DNA from: Acidobacteriota bacterium | Lineage (GTDB): Bacteria; Acidobacteriota; UBA6911; RPQK01; JAJDTT01 | DNA length: 64,000 nucleotides | Direction: 5' to 3' | Assembly (NCBI GenBank): GCA_965263035.1 | Contig: OZ253580.1 | Location: 6,048,001-6,112,000, forward strand | In this document: in pieces, positions 59,123-64,000 of the stretch | Numbering within the stretch: position 1 is the stretch's first letter | Layout of the letters: every line of letters begins with the position of its first letter | Notes under the pieces: model-generated | What the model was told of the DNA's origin: nothing | Seen by the model: the letters and a program-made list of their open reading frames with translations, nothing else | Database searches by the model: none | Position numbers and translations under genes: made by a program

Positions 59123-60352
59123 ATGAAACGATCGTTGCTCGTGTTTCTGTTGACGAATACGCCTTGGTGGGTCGCCGGAGCGGATCGGGCTGATCAGGTC
59201 GGGACCTGGAGAGGTCTCCAGATCGCTCCGGAAGAGAGATGCTCTGAGTACGACCGGGGCGACTATCCCATTCCGCCGGCTCTGGAAGATGAGATCGTCG
59301 CCGTGATGGAACAGATTTACGGGCGCTGCTTCGAAGACACTACGGACACCACCGTTGAGCACATCGTCGCTGTTTCGGAGGCTCACGACAGCGGATTGTG
59401 TTCGGCCGATGCAGAGACGAAAAAAGAATTTTCCAGGGATCCTCTCAACTTGACCCTCGCCAGTCCGCACCTGAACAGCGTCAAGGGGGATCGGGACGCA
59501 GCCGAGTGGTTGCCCGGCGAAAACCGGTGTTGGTTCGCCGACCGGGTGCTCCAGGTACGCCTCAAGTACGACTTGACGATAGACCAGGCGGAAGCCGATG
59601 CCCTGGAACTCATTCTGGCCCGATGCGAGTCTACCGAGTTGAAGGTCCGCGACTGTTCGGAAGACCAGCCGGAACCCTGCCCCTCAGGTTCTTCCACTCT
59701 GATCTTCCCCCAATATGTCGACGGTGAATACGGAGGTTTCCAGAACCGGACACGCCTGATTCTGCTCAACTTGGCGGCCACGACCGACAATCCGGTGATC
59801 GTCCGGTATCTCGACGACATGGGTCAAGTCGTTGACAGTCAGACCCATACGGTTCCGGCCCGCGGGCTGATCGACCTGAGTACCAGCGGCGAGGGCCCGC
59901 TGAAGGTGGGACCTCTGACCGTCGAATCCGAGTTGGCGGAGGATTCCCTGCTGCGAGGTTCCGTCGTCTACGAGCTGCTGGGACACCGGGTCTCGGTTCC
60001 GGCAGCGAAGCTGACCGACGAGGCCACCGTCTTTGTCAGCAAGTCTCCGCAAGAAAATACCGGCATCGCTCTGTTCAATCCCAACCCGGAAGATCCTGTT
60101 GAACTGGAACTCGCGCTGCACGATGCGGACGGGAGCCGTGTTGGGCAAGTTGACCTGACTCTGGAACCCGGACAACATCTGGCCCGCTATATGGACGAGG
60201 CCCCATTGTTCCCGGACGCCCTGGGTCCCCAATCCGAGTTCGTCGGACACGCCATTATCAGGAGCACGGAGGATGGACAGTTCGCCGTCGTCAGCATATT
60301 ACAGGATACAAGGACGGGAGCCGTCGCCCTTGTAACGCCGGGAATACGATAA
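59123..60352 (+). CDS. Secreted HNH (DUF1524-like) nuclease fused to a C-terminal beta-rich domain
   Basis: Signal peptide; EHIVAVSEAHDSG..DPLNLTLA..NSVKGDRDAAEWLP..KYDLTID; C-terminal TGIALFNPN-type domain. Confidence 0.7.
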   Translation: MKRSLLVFLLTNTPWWVAGADRADQVGTWRGLQIAPEERCSEYDRGDYPIPPALEDEIVAVMEQIYGRCFEDTTDTTVEHIVAVSEAHDSGLCSADAETKKEFSRDPLNLTLASPHLNSVKGDRDAAEWLPGENRCWFADRVLQVRLKYDLTIDQAEADALELILARCESTELKVRDCSEDQPEPCPSGSSTLIFPQYVDGEYGGFQNRTRLILLNLAATTDNPVIVRYLDDMGQVVDSQTHTVPARGLIDLSTSGEGPLKVGPLTVESELAEDSLLRGSVVYELLGHRVSVPAAKLTDEATVFVSKSPQENTGIALFNPNPEDPVELELALHDADGSRVGQVDLTLEPGQHLARYMDEAPLFPDALGPQSEFVGHAIIRSTEDGQFAVVSILQDTRTGAVALVTPGIR

Positions 60353-60394
60353 ATATGCGTTTCCTTCCCGAGGGGACATCCATTTCCCCGTTAG

Positions 60395-60432
60395 CCATTG
60401 GGAACTCGGCGGTCGGAAACCGCCGCTCTTGC
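60395..60432. repeat. REP-like hairpin
   Basis: CGGCGGTCGGAAACCGCCGCTC. Confidence 0.65.
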
Positions 60433-60815
60433 CTGGCAAGAGGTGAGACATTCCAGGATACAGGCAAAAAAGGGCGCATGGTACACTACTTGGGAAGTTT
60501 GATCAGTGGAGTGGTCAGAGGCCCTGATCCGGCTGTGCACCTGGACAAAGCCTGCCCGTCCCGGCAGTTCCCAAGCCGTTTGAAGATCCGCGACATGGTT
60601 CGAAAATATCCGCGAAACGGCGCGATGATCGGGGAAGAGATCGGGCGTGGAACGAGCCCAGCCCAAGAAGCTGTAAGCTCTTCAACCCGTGAAGGCGAGA
60701 AGCAAAGACGCCACGAGCGGCTACGCGAGTTGTGGCGCGTACCCGCCATCCTGGGCAGCTCGGGGAACGCTGGCATCGAGGCCGGTCCGCATGCCTTAGG
60801 GATTGGGAAAGAAGC

Positions 60816-62552
60816 ATGACTTACAGTGATGCAGAGATCTTGCTTCAGTTGGAATTGGGTGAGGACAGCCGCTGGGAATTCAAACAGATCGAGTTTGCCG
60901 GGAATATCCCAAAGAAGCCACGGCGCGATGATTTGGCAGATGAGATCGCGGCGTTCGCCAACGCCGACGGTGGCGTTCTAATGTGTGGCGCAACCGACAA
61001 TGGAGATGTACAGGATCTGTCGCGCGCGCAGATGGTCGAGTTCGACTCCTTTCTGGTCGAGGTGAGTTCCGATTCCATCAAGCCACCCGTTCGCATCCGC
61101 ACCTACCACCGGCAACTCTCGGTTGGCGGGCGCTTGCTGCTGGTCGAGATACCGCGGGAGGATTCGCAACATGACAGTCCCGGCGGGAGTTTTATTCGCG
61201 TCGGCGGGTCGAAGCGAAAGATGACGAGTGACGAGCGGTTGCGCTTGGCGCAACGGCGGGGACAGGCGCGCTCCCTTTCGTTCGATGAGCAGTCTATCCA
61301 GGGCACGGGATTCAAGACTCTGGACGAATCACTTTGGAAACCCCTGTTGACCGCAGAGGGCGCGGCGAATCCCGAGTCCGCGCTCGAAAAGTTGGCGCTC
61401 TTGGCAGACGACGACGGGATTCGGCGCGCCACGGTCGCCGGCGTGTTGTTGTGCACCCGCAATCCCGAGCAGTGGCTTCCCAGCGCCTGCATCACCGCGA
61501 CCCGTTACCAGGGAAAGGACCGCGCGTCCGCCCAAATCGATGCCCGGGAAATCACCGGTCCGCTGAACCGCCAGATCGCAGATGCGGTGGATTTCTCCGT
61601 GAAGAACATGCGGGTTGCGGCGCGCAAGGATCCGGCGCGGGTGGACCTGCCCCAGTACAGCAAGAAGGCGCTGTTCGAGGCAATCGTCAACGCCGTGGCG
61701 CATCGCGACTATTCGATGCGTGGAAGCAAAATTCGTCTTTCGATGTTCGAAGACCGTTTAGAGATTCAGTCGCCGGGCGCGCTCCCGAACAACCTGACGA
61801 TCGAGAACATGGGCACACGCCAAGCGACTCGCAACGAAGCGTTGACTTCCGTATTGGGGCGCCTGCCGGTAGGAGGAGTCCGAGGCTCGGAGAACAGACG
61901 GTATTTCATGGAAACCAGGGGAGACGGGGTTCCTATTATCCGGCGTGAAACTCGGGAACTCTGCGGAAAACTGCCGGAATTCCGAATGATCGACGATTCG
62001 GAACTCTGCCTCACTATCCCTGCGGCAGCACAAGAGCCGAGTCCTGCCCGCGCCGTCATCATCGTGTGGTCTGAGGGCCAGCCCTTGAGTGGCATCGACC
62101 TGTTGGTTCTTTTCCCGAACCATACCTGGAAGCATGCGAGTACGAACGAAGATGGTGAGGCGACCGTAGACCTGTACACAACTCATCTCCCTATGACGGT
62201 GTTCGCCTCCGCTCCCGGGTACGCGGCTCACCTGGAACGATACTGGGAGCCCAACCGGGGAGCGCTGGCGATCGAACTCGATTCCTTACCCGAGGGTGGA
62301 AGCGTCATCTTCTCCGAGGCGACTGGCACCCTCCCGGGACTCAAAGGCAGATTGAACCCCATTCGCGATACTCACGACCGCACGTATCTCTATGCTTCCA
62401 ATATCGCCATCAACCAAGGGAGCCCGCAACCGGTCAATTTCATGCTCGGAGAAGAACTGCGTCTGACCGATGCATACGGAGGGGAGAAGCGGATTCGCAT
62501 TATCGAAATCCTGGGCCGGTCGGTGCTGGTTGAATACAGGTCTTGCAAATAG
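60816..62552 (+). CDS. AlbA_2 (Schlafen-like) plus HATPase_c_4 domain protein with C-terminal extension
   Basis: GEDSRWEFK, IAAFANADGG..G..D.G, EAIVNAVAHRDY, I.SPG.LP, RN..L, ETRGDGV. Confidence 0.85.
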   Translation: MTYSDAEILLQLELGEDSRWEFKQIEFAGNIPKKPRRDDLADEIAAFANADGGVLMCGATDNGDVQDLSRAQMVEFDSFLVEVSSDSIKPPVRIRTYHRQLSVGGRLLLVEIPREDSQHDSPGGSFIRVGGSKRKMTSDERLRLAQRRGQARSLSFDEQSIQGTGFKTLDESLWKPLLTAEGAANPESALEKLALLADDDGIRRATVAGVLLCTRNPEQWLPSACITATRYQGKDRASAQIDAREITGPLNRQIADAVDFSVKNMRVAARKDPARVDLPQYSKKALFEAIVNAVAHRDYSMRGSKIRLSMFEDRLEIQSPGALPNNLTIENMGTRQATRNEALTSVLGRLPVGGVRGSENRRYFMETRGDGVPIIRRETRELCGKLPEFRMIDDSELCLTIPAAAQEPSPARAVIIVWSEGQPLSGIDLLVLFPNHTWKHASTNEDGEATVDLYTTHLPMTVFASAPGYAAHLERYWEPNRGALAIELDSLPEGGSVIFSEATGTLPGLKGRLNPIRDTHDRTYLYASNIAINQGSPQPVNFMLGEELRLTDAYGGEKRIRIIEILGRSVLVEYRSCK

Positions 62553-62554
62553 CC

Positions 62555-64000
62555 TTGTCCATCCTATGGTTCACAAGACGATCGCTCGCATGCATATTGG
62601 CCGCTGTAACGGTGGCCTTGTCCCACGGTCCCGGAATCCTTCCAGGCCAGTCCTTGGAAAAAGGCGCCATCAGCGGCACCATCTTCGATCCCTCCGGCGC
62701 CTTGGTCCCGGGAGCCGACGTGACGGTGATCAACACCTCGACGGGCGGCGAGAGGGTGCTGATCAGCAACCAGGCGGGACGGTTTCGAGCCGATGTCCTG
62801 CCGGCCGGAGAATACGTGATCGAAATCTCCCTGGCCGGTTTCGCCAGGACGATCGTGGAAGGCGTGGTGCTCTCGGTGGGGCAGGAGTTGATCGAGGACG
62901 TCACCCTCCAGCTCGAGGCGGTCGGTCAGGAAATCACAGTCCAGAGCGGAACCGCCCGCATGGACAAGAGCGAGACCCGCGTCAATACCGCGATCAACAA
63001 CGAATACGTGGAGAACCTGCCCATCAGTGGCCGTGACTTCCGGGATTTCGCCAACCTGTCGCCGACGGCCGACACCACTCCGGGGCTGCGCTCTCCCGTC
63101 AGGCTCCAGGGTCAGGCCGGAGAGTACACGGGACTGATCATCGATGGAGTGGACAACCGGAACTCGTTCTTCGGCGAATGGTTCGGTTCGTTGGAAACCA
63201 AGAACTTCACCGTGCCGCAGGATGCGATTCAGGAGTTCCAGGTTCGCGACACGGGACTCTCGGCGGAGTTCGGGCACGCCACCGGAGGTTTGATCAACGT
63301 GGTGACCAAGTCGGGCACCAACGATTGGCACGGGTCGGCCCACTGGTTCTTCCAGTCCAACACCTTCATCGCGGACACCTCGGTTCCGGCCGATCCGGAA
63401 ACCACCATTGCGCCGGGTTTGAATACCCGGCACCAATTCGGGGGTACGGTCGGGGGACCGATCGCCCGGGACAAGGCCTTCTTTTTCCTGGCCCTGGACG
63501 CCCAACAGCAGAAGGGACCCCTCACCGCCGTCTTCGCCCGCGACGTGTCCGTCCCGCCCTGCCCTTGTCCGGTCCCGTCGTTTTACGGCGGCTCCACTCT
63601 GGCCGAGCTGGAGCGCGGCAGTTCCCAGCGGCAGGACCTGACCGCCGTTCTATCCAAATTCGACTACAACCTCACCAACAATCACTTGGCGACGACCCGC
63701 CTGAACTACACCCGCAACGAGACCGACAACTTTACCGGTTACGCCGGCAGCCAGACCTTCGTGCTGGGCCGGGTGGAATCCAACTTCGAGAACTTCGTCA
63801 ACGAAGGCTGGGCCGCGGCTCAATCGATCACGTCATTGCTGGGGAACGCGAGCGTCAACGAATTTCGATTCTCCTACTCGCAGGAAGTCCGGCCCCGCCG
63901 GGAACGGGCTCCCGGACCGGAGACCGCCATCACCGACACGGGCAACTTCGGCCAGATCTTCTTTCTTCCCATCGACAGCCAGCACAAGCGCTACCAGGTC
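62555..64000 (+). CDS. TonB-dependent receptor with N-terminal carboxypeptidase-regulatory-like domain (runs off window end)
   Basis: Manual translation: signal peptide, GAISGTIFDPSGALVPGA.VT, NLPISGRDF, IDGVDN, DAIQEFQV, SAEFGHATGGLINVVTKSGTN, QFGGTVGGPIARDKAFFF. Start (TTG) uncertain. Confidence 0.88.
   Translation, partial: MSILWFTRRSLACILAAVTVALSHGPGILPGQSLEKGAISGTIFDPSGALVPGADVTVINTSTGGERVLISNQAGRFRADVLPAGEYVIEISLAGFARTIVEGVVLSVGQELIEDVTLQLEAVGQEITVQSGTARMDKSETRVNTAINNEYVENLPISGRDFRDFANLSPTADTTPGLRSPVRLQGQAGEYTGLIIDGVDNRNSFFGEWFGSLETKNFTVPQDAIQEFQVRDTGLSAEFGHATGGLINVVTKSGTNDWHGSAHWFFQSNTFIADTSVPADPETTIAPGLNTRHQFGGTVGGPIARDKAFFFLALDAQQQKGPLTAVFARDVSVPPCPCPVPSFYGGSTLAELERGSSQRQDLTAVLSKFDYNLTNNHLATTRLNYTRNETDNFTGYAGSQTFVLGRVESNFENFVNEGWAAAQSITSLLGNASVNEFRFSYSQEVRPRRERAPGPETAITDTGNFGQIFFLPIDSQHKRYQV

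Overview
GC-rich (~63-65%, estimated by eye) bacterial chromosome segment. The gene content suggests an Acidobacteriota/PVC-like organism (inference): PSD1/planctomycete cytochrome c and DUF1501 pairs, a PVC-type heme-binding dehydrogenase and a carboxypeptidase-domain TonB receptor. The backbone is catabolic and transport genes. The most informative features are non-coding. (1) A family of short REP-like hairpins ending in a conserved CGCCGCTCC tail occurs in at least 8 intergenic clusters. (2) An IS110 element (19481-21030, CT core) is inserted in that tail. Its left end encodes a bridge RNA whose four guide segments can be read directly and match both the REP target and the element's own donor junction, and its unusually long right end looks highly structured. 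(3) A 630-nt ORF-less group IIC intron (11983-12612, minus strand) is inserted in the same REP tail one base away from the IS110 crossover position, with a candidate EBS1 complementary to the REP tail. (4) Three IS1380-family copies form a head-to-tail array with three left ends, one right end and one 5-bp TSD, splitting a DUF2087 gene; the only difference I saw between copies is in a promoter-bearing hairpin loop. (5) A diverged tandem duplication of a carboxypeptidase-like/PSD1-cytochrome/DUF1501 module carries a different low-GC cargo gene at the same position in each copy. No CRISPR array, tRNA or rRNA was found. All family assignments come from motif recognition by eye, not database searches.
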